Shown here piece after piece: positions 39,124-48,710 of a DNA stretch of 63,461 bases (its first letter is position 1; the number at the start of each line of letters is the position of its first letter). The notes beneath the pieces are model-generated. The model was not told the origin of the DNA. It ran no database searches and worked only from the letters and a program-made list of their open reading frames with translations. The stretch spans positions 1-63,461 of the forward strand of contig JAUNUM010000001.1 of the NCBI GenBank assembly GCA_030538215.1, read 5' to 3'. The position numbers and the translations under genes are program-made. Origin of the DNA: Bacteroidia bacterium (GTDB lineage Bacteria; Bacteroidota; Bacteroidia; Bacteroidales; Dysgonomonadaceae).

Positions 39124-41403
39124 ATGCCCTTATCAAAAGACTTTCGGAAATTTATTACTCCAATTATATTTTTTCTTTTAACATCTTCAGTTTTAGCTCA
39201 AATAAGTTATGGAGGGCAGCCTCTGCCGCTCAATGTAAGCACCAAAGCGCGCTCTGTATCGTCATCGCAAATACCGTTTATTGAAATGCCATCTTTCGAT
39301 ACTCAACAAGCCATGACACGTTCCGAGACAGAAAGAACAAAATTTAAAAGCCTTGAATTTGCTCACAAGTTCCACGTATTTCTTCGTCCCGATAATTCAG
39401 GGATTACTTTTACTACTTCCGACAACATGAAAGTTTGGCGCGTAGGAATCCGTTCAAAAAATGCATTCTCGCTGAATATTCTTTTTTCGAAATTTCGACT
39501 ACCCGAAAGAGCAAAAGTTTTTGTTTACAACGCGGATCAATCGGAGATTTTAGGTTCGTACACCCAAGAAAACAACACCGATTTAAATCTTCTTCCCGTG
39601 CAACCCATTGCCGGTGATGAAATTATTGTAGAATACCAGGAACCATTGAATGCTGCATTTAAAGGAGAAATAGAAATTGGTGAAGTGAATCACGATTTTT
39701 GGGGAATTTTCCGTGCAACAGAGCCAAGGGATCCGGAACAGTCGTGCCACCCAAATATTGTTTGTTATCCCGAAGATATTCAAGCAGGAAGTGGTGTTGT
39801 TGCACTTATCATCAACGGAACAACTTATTGTACCGGTTCACTTGTAAATAACTCAAGTAATAATGGAATTCCATATTTATTAACAGCAACGCATTGTTTG
39901 AATGATAATTATTGTTCGAGTTTTTTAAATAACAAAAAATACGGTTTAGTTGCCGGAAGAATCGTGGCATTCTTTGGGTATCAATCTCCTGTTTGTGATA
40001 AAGAAATACGTGGAATCACGCAAATGACAATAGCATCTACCGACTCCATTCTAATCATGGAAGATTATGATATTTCTTTACTGAGATTTAAGCAAAATCC
40101 ACCTAAGGAGTACCAAGCATTCTATCCCGGCTGGAATTTAAGTTCGTCACCTCAAGCACCTTTTCATGGAATACATCATCCAAATGGTGGAATAAAAAAG
40201 ATTGCAATAGAAAATGATGACATCAGAGGAATGGCAACATTTACGGTTACAAACAATAAATGTGGAAATTCTGTAAAACTTAATGATGCAGCACATTGGA
40301 GTTTAGAGGCATGGGATATAGGAGCAACTGAAGGCGGATCATCGGGTTCTCCTCTATTAGACAAAAACAAAAGAATAATAGGTACATTAACCGGTGGTTC
40401 TTCATATTGCTCATCACCAAAAGGCCCCGACCAATATGCTGCTTTATATAAAGCGTGGAATGTTACCGGTTCGTTAGGAAATCCAAATTCATTAAAAAAC
40501 TATCTTGATCCAGAGAACTCCCAATTTCAACAAATAGACGGATTTAATCCGTATGCCTCTCAACCTTATACTAAAAGCTCCAACTATTTGCCAACAGATT
40601 CTGCCATTCAATCGTATCATAACTCCGTACCGATGTTTGCAACAAACAACACCCTCGGATATACAGAGTTTGCAGAAGAGTTCCAGACATCGAAACCTAC
40701 AAAATTGGAAGGAGTTTTTGTCACTTCATCCAGCACAAACAATATTTCTAATATGAATATCCGAATAAAAATTTATGCTGATAACAATGGCTCTCCAGGA
40801 ACTATATTACACGAAGTACCATTCAACTATTCCTTTCGCTATTACCAATCGGCAAATTTCTTTGAAACTCGCCGCAATATGAATTACAACGTAGAAAACT
40901 ATGTGAAATTCTCTGTTCCTGTGGAAGTTTCTGGGAAATTTTTCATATCGTATTCCGATGCTAACAATGCATCCAGCGGATTTTCTTTACTAAATGTTCA
41001 ACCCAGAAAAATAGGATCGGGAATTGCATCTACTGCTTGGATGAAAAATGCAACCGGTTGGATAAAAGCTTCAGAGAACATTGAAAATCCCATCAATACT
41101 TCTCTTTTAATCGCACCTTACGTAACTGACACAGGACTATCGGCTCCGATTAATCCCGGAGAAGATAAAACAGAAATAAAAGCATATTATAATAACTCGG
41201 TAAACAGAATCTTCATTGAGTCGAATAAAGATCTGATGTCGTGGGAGATTTTCTATATATTGGGACAAAAAGTTTTTGAAGGAAAAGCAAAAAGCAGTAT
41301 CAACAGGACATCTTTTTCAGTCGATCATTTAGCAAAAGGAATTTATGTGGTAAAAGTGAGTACTAACAATAAAACTGAAAAAATAAAAGTGCTGGTGAAA
41401 TAA
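39124..41403 (+). CDS. secreted trypsin-like serine peptidase with a T9SS C-terminal sorting domain
   Basis: Signal peptide from the ATG at 39124. His-site context LLTATHC, Ser-site GGSSGSP, and a C-terminal Por-secretion-tail-like ...KGIYVVKVSTNNKTEKIKVLVK. Confidence 0.65.
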   Translation: MPLSKDFRKFITPIIFFLLTSSVLAQISYGGQPLPLNVSTKARSVSSSQIPFIEMPSFDTQQAMTRSETERTKFKSLEFAHKFHVFLRPDNSGITFTTSDNMKVWRVGIRSKNAFSLNILFSKFRLPERAKVFVYNADQSEILGSYTQENNTDLNLLPVQPIAGDEIIVEYQEPLNAAFKGEIEIGEVNHDFWGIFRATEPRDPEQSCHPNIVCYPEDIQAGSGVVALIINGTTYCTGSLVNNSSNNGIPYLLTATHCLNDNYCSSFLNNKKYGLVAGRIVAFFGYQSPVCDKEIRGITQMTIASTDSILIMEDYDISLLRFKQNPPKEYQAFYPGWNLSSSPQAPFHGIHHPNGGIKKIAIENDDIRGMATFTVTNNKCGNSVKLNDAAHWSLEAWDIGATEGGSSGSPLLDKNKRIIGTLTGGSSYCSSPKGPDQYAALYKAWNVTGSLGNPNSLKNYLDPENSQFQQIDGFNPYASQPYTKSSNYLPTDSAIQSYHNSVPMFATNNTLGYTEFAEEFQTSKPTKLEGVFVTSSSTNNISNMNIRIKIYADNNGSPGTILHEVPFNYSFRYYQSANFFETRRNMNYNVENYVKFSVPVEVSGKFFISYSDANNASSGFSLLNVQPRKIGSGIASTAWMKNATGWIKASENIENPINTSLLIAPYVTDTGLSAPINPGEDKTEIKAYYNNSVNRIFIESNKDLMSWEIFYILGQKVFEGKAKSSINRTSFSVDHLAKGIYVVKVSTNNKTEKIKVLVK

Positions 41404-41480
41404 AAAATGCCAGGTGATGAATGATGGATGTCTTTTCGCTATATCAGCCTCTCGTCCTTCTTCCAGTTGCCACGCAGTAG

Positions 41481-43271
41481 TTACTCTTCTTCATCTGAAT
41501 AAGTTTCTACCAGCACATCCCGATAATAGTTAAAAACGGATGATTGTGAAAGAATTCCCAGATAGATTCCGTTACTATCCACCACGGGTAAATTCCATGC
41601 TTTGGTATCTTCAAAAGTATCCATTACTTTTTCCATCGGCGTATCGATTTTGATTTCTGCTGGCGCACCAACCATAAACTTTTTCACCTTAAAACCATCA
41701 TAAAGTTCCGGACGAAACATAATATTTCGGATATTATTTAATAGTACAAGCCCTTGTAAAACACCGTCATCATTCACAACCGGAAATATATTGCGATGGC
41801 TGCTTGATATCACTTTTACCATATCGCCCAACGTCATTTCGGGATGCACAATCGGAATATTGGTTTCCAGCATATCTTCTACTTTCAGAAAAGTAAGCAC
41901 GGCTTTATCTTTGTGGTGTGTGATAAGCTCACCCGTTTTAGCCAAACGCATAGCATAAATGTTGTGTTTCTCGAAAATCACGATAGTTGCATAAGAACAA
42001 ATAGAGACTATCATCAACGGCAAAAACAATTCATATCCACCGGTTAACTCAGCTATAAGAAACGTGCCTGTAAGCGGCGCATGCATTACGCCCGCCATTA
42101 CACCCGCCATGCCCATCAATGCAAAATTCTCCTGCGGAAGATAAGTTGCCATACCCAACTCGTTCATTGTATAAGAATACACAAAACCAAGAATACAACC
42201 TAAAAACAAAGTAGGTGCAAACACTCCTCCTGTACCTCCTCCACCATTGGTAGCACTGGTTGCAAATACTTTAAAAAAGAGAATTAACATTAAGAAAATC
42301 ACTATTCCCCATCTACTTTGCTGCGTGTAAAAGAAACTACCGTTTAACAATTCTCTGAATTTATCGCCGCCGGCTAAAAGTGTTTCAATAGAATTGTACC
42401 CTTCGCCATACAAGGGAGGAAATAAAAATATCAGTACGCTCAGCGTAATTCCACCCAAAGCTAATCGTCCCCACGGTTTTAACTTAGCATATAGATCTTC
42501 GCTCCAACTCATGCTTCGGGTAACGTAAAGCGAAAGAAACCCACAAATTACTCCCAGTGCAATTACATACGGAATTCTATTTAACGTAAAAACCTCTACT
42601 TGCGAATAAGCAAACATAGCATCAGTTCCGGTAAGGATGTAGGATATGGTTGTAGCTGTTACGGCTGTTACTAACAACGGCAAAATAGATGATAGTGTTA
42701 AATCGAGCAAAAGCACTTCGATAACGAAAAGGATTCCGGCAATGGGCGCTTTGAATATTCCGGCAATAGCTCCGGCTGCTCCACAACCTACAAGCAGCAT
42801 CAGATTACGTTGATCGAGCTTAAAAAATCGTCCCACATTCGACCCAATTGCCGAACCGGTGAGCACAATAGGCGCCTCCGCTCCTACCGATCCTCCAAAA
42901 CCGATAGTGATGGAACTCGCCACAAGCGATGAATATATATTATGCGATTTAATACGACTTTTCCGTTGCGAAATAGCGAAAAGAATTTTTGTTACTCCGT
43001 GGCTGATATCGTCTTTCACTATATATTTCACAAATAATCCGGCGAGCAAAATACCTATAATGGGATAAACCAAATATAAGTAGTTGGCTCCGGTTTGTGA
43101 GAAATTATCTGTTAGAAACATTCCCACGGAGTGTACGGCTAATTTCAGTAGATAAGCTGCCAATGCAGTAAGAATACCTACGATAAAACAGGCAAACAGC
43201 AAAAAGTGACGCTCTTTAATGTACGTTCTGCGCCAATCATGAAATTTATCATAAAATCCCTTAATATTCAT
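41481..43271 (-). CDS. ClC family voltage-gated chloride channel with C-terminal CBS domains
   Basis: ClC selectivity-filter motifs GGSVGAEAP and GGVFAPTLFLG, about 10 TM helices, and a C-terminal CBS pair. Confidence 0.8.
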   Translation of the reverse strand: MNIKGFYDKFHDWRRTYIKERHFLLFACFIVGILTALAAYLLKLAVHSVGMFLTDNFSQTGANYLYLVYPIIGILLAGLFVKYIVKDDISHGVTKILFAISQRKSRIKSHNIYSSLVASSITIGFGGSVGAEAPIVLTGSAIGSNVGRFFKLDQRNLMLLVGCGAAGAIAGIFKAPIAGILFVIEVLLLDLTLSSILPLLVTAVTATTISYILTGTDAMFAYSQVEVFTLNRIPYVIALGVICGFLSLYVTRSMSWSEDLYAKLKPWGRLALGGITLSVLIFLFPPLYGEGYNSIETLLAGGDKFRELLNGSFFYTQQSRWGIVIFLMLILFFKVFATSATNGGGGTGGVFAPTLFLGCILGFVYSYTMNELGMATYLPQENFALMGMAGVMAGVMHAPLTGTFLIAELTGGYELFLPLMIVSICSYATIVIFEKHNIYAMRLAKTGELITHHKDKAVLTFLKVEDMLETNIPIVHPEMTLGDMVKVISSSHRNIFPVVNDDGVLQGLVLLNNIRNIMFRPELYDGFKVKKFMVGAPAEIKIDTPMEKVMDTFEDTKAWNLPVVDSNGIYLGILSQSSVFNYYRDVLVETYSDEEE

Positions 43272-43279
43272 CTAATTAA

Positions 43280-43843
43280 TCACTTTCGGATAATGTTGAT
43301 CGTTCCACTTTTCGACAACTTGATAATGCTTGAGGGCTGTACTTTGGCTTTATCTTTTTGTCGATAATTCACGATATAATCTACTGATTTTTTCACTTCT
43401 TCCGGTATCTCTTTGAAGTTTGCAGGCGCTGTTTCGCCACTCACATTGGCCGATGTAGAGACAATAGGTTTACGGAATTGCTTGCAAAGTTCGGCAGAAA
43501 AAAGCTCCGCTGTAATTCTGATTCCGATAGAGCCATCTTCGGCAACAAGATTGGTCGCCAGATTTTTCGCACCATCGTAAATAATGGTAAGCGGTTTATC
43601 GGTAAGGTCTATCAAATTCCAGGCGATGTCGGGAACTTCGGTAATGTAGGTTTGCAACTTCACCGGATTATCCAACAGCACGAGCATCGATTTTGAGTCA
43701 TTGCGCTGTTTTATTTTATAAACTCGTTTTACAGCCTCTTCGTTGGTAGCATCGCAGCCAATTCCCCAAATTGTATCGGTCGGATAGAGAATTACACCTC
43801 CATTTTTCAATATTTCGCACGCTTTTTTTACGTCTTCTTGCAT
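43280..43843 (-). CDS. tsaC: L-threonylcarbamoyladenylate synthase (YrdC/TsaC/Sua5 family)
   Basis: YrdC domain motifs GGVILYPTDTIWGIGCDA and IVSTSANVSGE. Confidence 0.8.
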   Translation of the reverse strand: MQEDVKKACEILKNGGVILYPTDTIWGIGCDATNEEAVKRVYKIKQRNDSKSMLVLLDNPVKLQTYITEVPDIAWNLIDLTDKPLTIIYDGAKNLATNLVAEDGSIGIRITAELFSAELCKQFRKPIVSTSANVSGETAPANFKEIPEEVKKSVDYIVNYRQKDKAKVQPSSIIKLSKSGTINIIRK

Positions 43844-43849
43844 ACTCTC

Positions 43850-44377
43850 TTACTTATTGATTTTTTGCATCACAATTACATCGCCATACGATTTGCTAAT
43901 CGAAACCCAATCTTTCAAAACCGCTGTTTTCCGATAATCAGCTTTTTCAAATAATGCCAAACTCGGTAAATTTTTCTCGGGAACAAATGCGTATAACTGG
44001 TGCAGTTTTAAATGATGAAAAGCATATTTTTCGATGCACGCCAATGCTTGCAAAGCATATCCTTTTTTCTGATGGTTTTCATCCACCAAAATCCCGATTC
44101 CGGCACGACTGTTTAATGCATCAAACTCATATAAATCGACAGTGCCAACCACCAAATCCTTTGTCTTTTCTACAACCATCATTCGCAATTGTCGTATTTG
44201 GAAAATATCCATTTGAGAATCGGCTATATATTGTCGCAAGGCAAATCGTGAAAACGGCACTATCGACGAGCCGTACTGCCATAAAGTGGTATTATTTTCC
44301 CATTTATAGAAAAACTCCAAATCTTCCGGCTCCAACGCACGAAGAAAGATATCTTGATTGATAAAATAGTCGTTCAT
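43850..44377 (-). CDS. GNAT family N-acetyltransferase (RimJ/RimL-like)
   Basis: Acetyl-CoA binding motif HQKKGYALQAL and GNAT beta-strand pattern. Confidence 0.65.
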   Translation of the reverse strand: MNDYFINQDIFLRALEPEDLEFFYKWENNTTLWQYGSSIVPFSRFALRQYIADSQMDIFQIRQLRMMVVEKTKDLVVGTVDLYEFDALNSRAGIGILVDENHQKKGYALQALACIEKYAFHHLKLHQLYAFVPEKNLPSLALFEKADYRKTAVLKDWVSISKSYGDVIVMQKINK

Positions 44378-44820
44378 CTCTTCTCTTCTTCCACGATATT
44401 TTCAAGCTCATTGAGTGATGGTTTGCAAAACACAAATACAACGAATAAAACTATTGTCAGCCACATAAAATTATTATTACGCGACAATGCAAATAAAAAT
44501 ATATTTCCCATCACTACAATATCAATAATATACAAACGCAAAAAATAGGCACTTCTAAACGATTGAATGACTTTAACTTTATCCGTTCCCTTTGGAATTT
44601 TTTTAATTTTATCGGCAAACAGTTTAAGTGCGCCGGGAATGGCAATCAGCGTTATCCCAATAGCGTACATTTCAGCCGTTACCGTTACGGGAAACGTGGT
44701 TTCAAAACTTATCAGTTTTAAAATAACCAGTAAAAACAAAATCGCTAAAACGATGATGCTGCTCCAAAAGTGTACGCTAAGTTTTTTTATAGTGGATTTC
44801 ATAAATTTAGCTGGAGACAC
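44374..44820 (-). CDS. hypothetical small membrane protein
   Basis: Four predicted TM helices, no recognisable motif; the stop overlaps the GNAT start. Confidence 0.4.
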   Translation of the reverse strand: MSPAKFMKSTIKKLSVHFWSSIIVLAILFLLVILKLISFETTFPVTVTAEMYAIGITLIAIPGALKLFADKIKKIPKGTDKVKVIQSFRSAYFLRLYIIDIVVMGNIFLFALSRNNNFMWLTIVLFVVFVFCKPSLNELENIVEEEKR

Positions 44821-44834
44821 GGCATGCCACGCCT

Positions 44835-45467
44835 CTACTTTACAATTAATTTATACGATTCATCAAACGGTGTGCGGTTCAAAATAGACCTGCCGAGTGT
44901 TACTTCATCGGCGTACTCAATTTCGTCACCTACAGAAACTCCTCGTGCAATAATGCTCACTTTCACATCGTAAGGTTGTAATTTTCGAAAAATGTAAAAA
45001 TTGGTTGTATCGCCTTCCATAGTTGCACTAAGAGCAAGAATTACTTCTTTTACTTCACTCGATTTCACTCGCTCTTCCAAACTTGCAATCTGCAAATCCG
45101 ACGGACCAATACCATCGATGGGAGAAATAATCCCGCCCAGCACGTGATATAACCCTTTAAACTGAATGGTGTTCTCAATGGCCATCACCTCACGGATATT
45201 TTCCACCACGCAAATGACGGATGTGTCTCTCGATTTATCGGAGCAAATGCTGCAAGTTTCACTATCGGAAATATTATGGCAGCAATTACAATATCTTATT
45301 TCTTGCTTAAGTGTAACTATTGCTTGTGCAAAATCCTCAACCTGAGAATCTTCTTGCCTAAGCAGATGCAAAACAAGCCTCAGCGCCGTTTTTCTGCCGA
45401 TGCCGGGTAATTTTGCAAATTCGTTAACTGCATTTTCTAATAAAACCGATGGATAAGAAGAGTTCAT
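44835..45467 (-). CDS. recR: recombination protein RecR
   Basis: HhH N-terminus ([16 protein letters not shown]), C4 zinc finger CxxC…CxxC, and a Toprim domain. Confidence 0.9.
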   Translation of the reverse strand: MNSSYPSVLLENAVNEFAKLPGIGRKTALRLVLHLLRQEDSQVEDFAQAIVTLKQEIRYCNCCHNISDSETCSICSDKSRDTSVICVVENIREVMAIENTIQFKGLYHVLGGIISPIDGIGPSDLQIASLEERVKSSEVKEVILALSATMEGDTTNFYIFRKLQPYDVKVSIIARGVSVGDEIEYADEVTLGRSILNRTPFDESYKLIVK

Positions 45468-45510
45468 TTGTTAGCTGTTGGCTGTTGGCTACTGGCTGTT
45501 AGCAAGGTAG
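45468..45510 (-). repeat. heptad tandem repeat directly upstream of the recR start
   Basis: In the coding direction: CTAACAG CCAGTAG CCAACAG CCAACAG CTAACAA ATG. An inverted partner lies at 45582-45610. Confidence 0.6.
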
Positions 45511-45855
45511 TTGAATATTGAAACATTGGCTACAGAAAACAAAATATCATATTTCTTAGACAAAAGTTTCATCATCTCAACGCAAAGCCAATAGCCAGCC
45601 GCCAATTAAAGTGCAAATATACGAACTATCGGATTACCCAACAAATGAAACGAGCATCCAAATCAGTTACACGCAAAGAATGATTACGGCGAGTTCCATG
45701 TGACCATAGTGTAAAAGAATAAAATATAAACACATGAAATAATTTTCTTCTTTCTCATTGAAACTTACAAATAATCTTATATCTTTGTTCAAAATTTGAT
45801 TGAATTTAAAACCACATTCATAACCTTTAAATATAAAACATTAAAAATTTATTTT

Positions 45856-46923
45856 ATGAAAATTTACAATTTTAGTGCAGGTCCTTCTATTTTACCGCAG
45901 TCAACAATTGAAAACACAGCAGAAGCTGTAAAAAACTTCAACGGAATTGGCCTTTCTATACTCGAAATTAGCCACCGCTCCAAAGATTTTCAAGCCGTAA
46001 TGGACGAAACAGTAGCTTTATTTAAAGAACTATTAGATATTCCCGAAGGATATTCGGTTCTTTTCCTCGGAGGAGGTGCGAGCATGCAGTTTTGTATGAT
46101 TCCTTACAACTTGATGGAGAAAAAAGCAGCTTACCTTAACACCGGAACTTGGGCAAGCAAAGCGTTGAAAGAAGCAAAACTATTTGGTGAAGTAGTAGAA
46201 GTAGCTTCATCGAAAGATTCCATCTTCAGCTACATCCCGAAAGATTACACCATTCCAACGGATGCAGATTATTTTCACATTACCACCAACAATACCATTT
46301 ATGGAACCGAAATTCGTAAAGACTTAGACAGTCCGGTACCTCTAATCGCCGACATGTCTTCCGATATTTTCTCTCGTCCGATGGACGTTTCAAAATACGG
46401 CTTAATTTACGGTGGTGCACAAAAAAACTTAGCGCCTGCCGGCGTAGCATTTGTTATTGTTAAAGATGAACTTTTAGGAAAAGTTACTCGTCCAATCCCA
46501 ACCATGCTTGATTATCGCACTCACATCAAAGACGGTTCCATGTTCAATACACCACCCGTATTGCCCATTTACTCAGCTATGGAAACGCTTCGCTGGTTGA
46601 AAAGCCTTGGTGGTTTGGCTGCGATGGAAAAAATCAACATCGAAAAAGCAGGTATTTTGTATGATGCTATCGATAGCAGCAAAATATTCAAAGGAACAGC
46701 CAACGAAGAAGACCGTTCTCTCATGAACGTTTGCTTCGTAATGAAAGACGAATACAAAGATCTTGAACCCGAATTCCAAAAATTTGCAACGGAAAGAGGT
46801 ATGTCCGGCATAAAAGGACACCGTTCAATCGGCGGATTCCGTGCTTCAATTTACAACGCAATGCCGAAATCAGGCGTACAAGCGTTGGTTGACTGCATGA
46901 AAGAATTCGAAAGAAGCCGTTAA
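45856..46923 (+). CDS. serC: 3-phosphoserine/phosphohydroxythreonine aminotransferase
   Basis: [16 protein letters not shown]-terminus and the class-V aminotransferase core. The ORF-track start at 45796 is upstream, but the ATG at 45856 gives the canonical N-terminus. Confidence 0.9.
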   Translation: MKIYNFSAGPSILPQSTIENTAEAVKNFNGIGLSILEISHRSKDFQAVMDETVALFKELLDIPEGYSVLFLGGGASMQFCMIPYNLMEKKAAYLNTGTWASKALKEAKLFGEVVEVASSKDSIFSYIPKDYTIPTDADYFHITTNNTIYGTEIRKDLDSPVPLIADMSSDIFSRPMDVSKYGLIYGGAQKNLAPAGVAFVIVKDELLGKVTRPIPTMLDYRTHIKDGSMFNTPPVLPIYSAMETLRWLKSLGGLAAMEKINIEKAGILYDAIDSSKIFKGTANEEDRSLMNVCFVMKDEYKDLEPEFQKFATERGMSGIKGHRSIGGFRASIYNAMPKSGVQALVDCMKEFERSR

Positions 46924-46927
46924 TTAC

Positions 46928-47068
46928 GCGTTGGCGTAGAGCATAGAGCTTTGAGCAGGGAAATAGAAATATTGGAATTTATCAAAAATAATAAATAAGG
47001 TAAAGTTCATTTCGTATTTTCATTATTCCCACGTAAAACTCAGCGCCCTGTGCTCAACGCTCTGCGCC
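46928..47068. repeat. inverted pair of related heptad arrays flanking an AT-rich spacer between serC and serA
   Basis: gcgttggc gtagagc atagagc tttgagc aggg (46928-46960) versus cagcgccctgtgctcaacgctctgcgcc (47041-47068). The same GGCGTAGAGC…TTTG(A/G)G string occurs upstream of batA (28603-28630). Confidence 0.5.
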
Positions 47069-47110
47069 TATTTATTTTGAATCACACACTTATTTAAACC
47101 ACAAATTATT

Positions 47111-48040
47111 ATGAAATTTTTAATTGCAACCGAAAAACCTTTTGCTCCCGCAGCCGTAAAGCAAATACGGGAAATTATTGAAAACGCGGGACACGAAACT
47201 CTATTATTAGAAAAATACACCGATAAAAAAGACCTTCTGAATGCTGTTGCAAATGCCGATGCTATGATCGTACGTAGCGATATTGTTGATAAAGAAGTAT
47301 TGGATGCCGCCAAAAACCTAAAAATAGTGGTTCGCGCTGGCGCCGGATACGACAATGTTGATTTGCAAGCAGCAACAGCCAACGGTGTTTGCGTGATGAA
47401 CACCCCGGGACAAAACTCTAACGCTGTAGCCGAACTTGTATTCGGAATGTTATTGAATCTTGTTCGCTCAGGATTTGATGGAGCTTCCGGATCAGAGCTG
47501 AGAGGTAAAAAATTAGGCCTTCACGCTTTCGGATATATCGGAAAATTAGTGGCACAAATCGCCAACGGCTTTGGAATGGAAGTTTTTGCTTATTCTCCAT
47601 CTCTTGCTCGTAATCCCGAAATTGGAAAAGAATTTAACGTAACGGGAGTAAAATCACCCGAAGAACTGTATGAAAAAAGCGAAATCGTATCGCTTCACAT
47701 GCCGGCAAACGACCAAACAAAGGGCAGCATCAACTACGAACTGTTGAGCAAATTGCCTCAAAACGGTATTGTTATTAACACCGCTCGCAAAGAAGTGGCA
47801 AACGAAGCCGATATGGTACGCATTATGGAAGAACGTCCTAAGTTCAAATATGCAACCGATATTAAGCCCAACAATCACGATACAATGGTTGAAAAATTCG
47901 GCAACCGTTATTTGGCTTCTGCAAAAAAATGCGGGGCTCAAACCGGCGAAGCCAACGTAAACGCGGGACTTGCCGCAGCAGAACAAATTGTGAAATTTTT
48001 CGCCAGCGGAGATGAAACTTTCAGAGTAAATCCAAAGTAA
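47111..48040 (+). CDS. serA: D-isomer-specific 2-hydroxyacid dehydrogenase (short-form phosphoglycerate dehydrogenase, SerA-like)
   Basis: NAD-binding GxGxxG (GYIGKLVA) and the catalytic-domain pattern; adjacent to serC. Confidence 0.75.
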   Translation: MKFLIATEKPFAPAAVKQIREIIENAGHETLLLEKYTDKKDLLNAVANADAMIVRSDIVDKEVLDAAKNLKIVVRAGAGYDNVDLQAATANGVCVMNTPGQNSNAVAELVFGMLLNLVRSGFDGASGSELRGKKLGLHAFGYIGKLVAQIANGFGMEVFAYSPSLARNPEIGKEFNVTGVKSPEELYEKSEIVSLHMPANDQTKGSINYELLSKLPQNGIVINTARKEVANEADMVRIMEERPKFKYATDIKPNNHDTMVEKFGNRYLASAKKCGAQTGEANVNAGLAAAEQIVKFFASGDETFRVNPK

Positions 48041-48134
48041 CAATCAATTTTTAAATCTTATAAAATCCTGATAAATGAACTTTTATCAGGATTTTTATTT
48101 TTTTAACTATAAAAAAAGGATAAATCTATTGCAT

Positions 48135-48152
48135 GTTACGAATATTTCGTAC
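48135..48152. promoter_or_regulatory. candidate BlaI operator dyad overlapping a -7 promoter element (TACTTTTG, 48150-48157)
   Basis: gttacgaa-tat-ttcgtac near-perfect dyad 35 bp upstream of the blaI ATG; the -7 match overlaps its right half. Confidence 0.45.
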
Positions 48153-48186
48153 TTTTGTATCGTAGTAACTAATTAATGGAAAAGAT

Positions 48187-48549
48187 ATGGAAAGATTAAC
48201 ACCTCAGGAGGAAAACATTATGCTTCATGTGTGGCAAATTGGAGAGTGTGCCATAAAAGATGTTCACGACAAATTAGAAGAGCCCAAATTGCCCTACACC
48301 ACCGTGGCATCAGTATTCAATAATCTCGAAAACAAAGGATACCTGAATAAATCCCGTTCGGGAAATATGAAAGTTTTCACGCCAAGAATATCGGAAGCAT
48401 CGTACAAAAGACATTTCCTTTCGGGAGTAGTAAAAAGTTATTTCGATAACTCGTACAAAGAACTGGTATCGTTTTTTGCCAAAGAACATAAAATTTCAAC
48501 CGAAGAGTTGGAAGAAATTATTCGCCTGATAGAGAAAAAACAAAAGTAA
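48187..48549 (+). CDS. blaI: BlaI/MecI/CopY family transcriptional repressor
   Basis: Winged-helix N-terminus LTPQEENIMLHVWQIGECAIKDVHDKL…PYTTVASVFNNLENKGYL, typical of penicillinase-repressor family proteins. Confidence 0.8.
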   Translation: MERLTPQEENIMLHVWQIGECAIKDVHDKLEEPKLPYTTVASVFNNLENKGYLNKSRSGNMKVFTPRISEASYKRHFLSGVVKSYFDNSYKELVSFFAKEHKISTEELEEIIRLIEKKQK

Positions 48550-48668
48550 ATGCCTGCAGCGTTATTCAATGGTAATTGCCTAAGGGCGAACGTTGTTTCG
48601 CTTCGCGTAGTTTTATTAGTAATTAGTTGTGGCGTTGATATGCTCAACTAAACAACCGAATTTCCATC

Positions 48669-48708
48669 GAATTACAACTGAATTACTACCGAATAACTAT
48701 TGAATTAC
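48669..48708 (+). repeat. four 11-bp-period GAATTAC/GAATAAC repeats immediately upstream of the blaR1-like start
   Basis: gaattacaact gaattactacc gaataactatt gaattacaatt. Confidence 0.6.
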
Positions 48709-48710
48709 AA

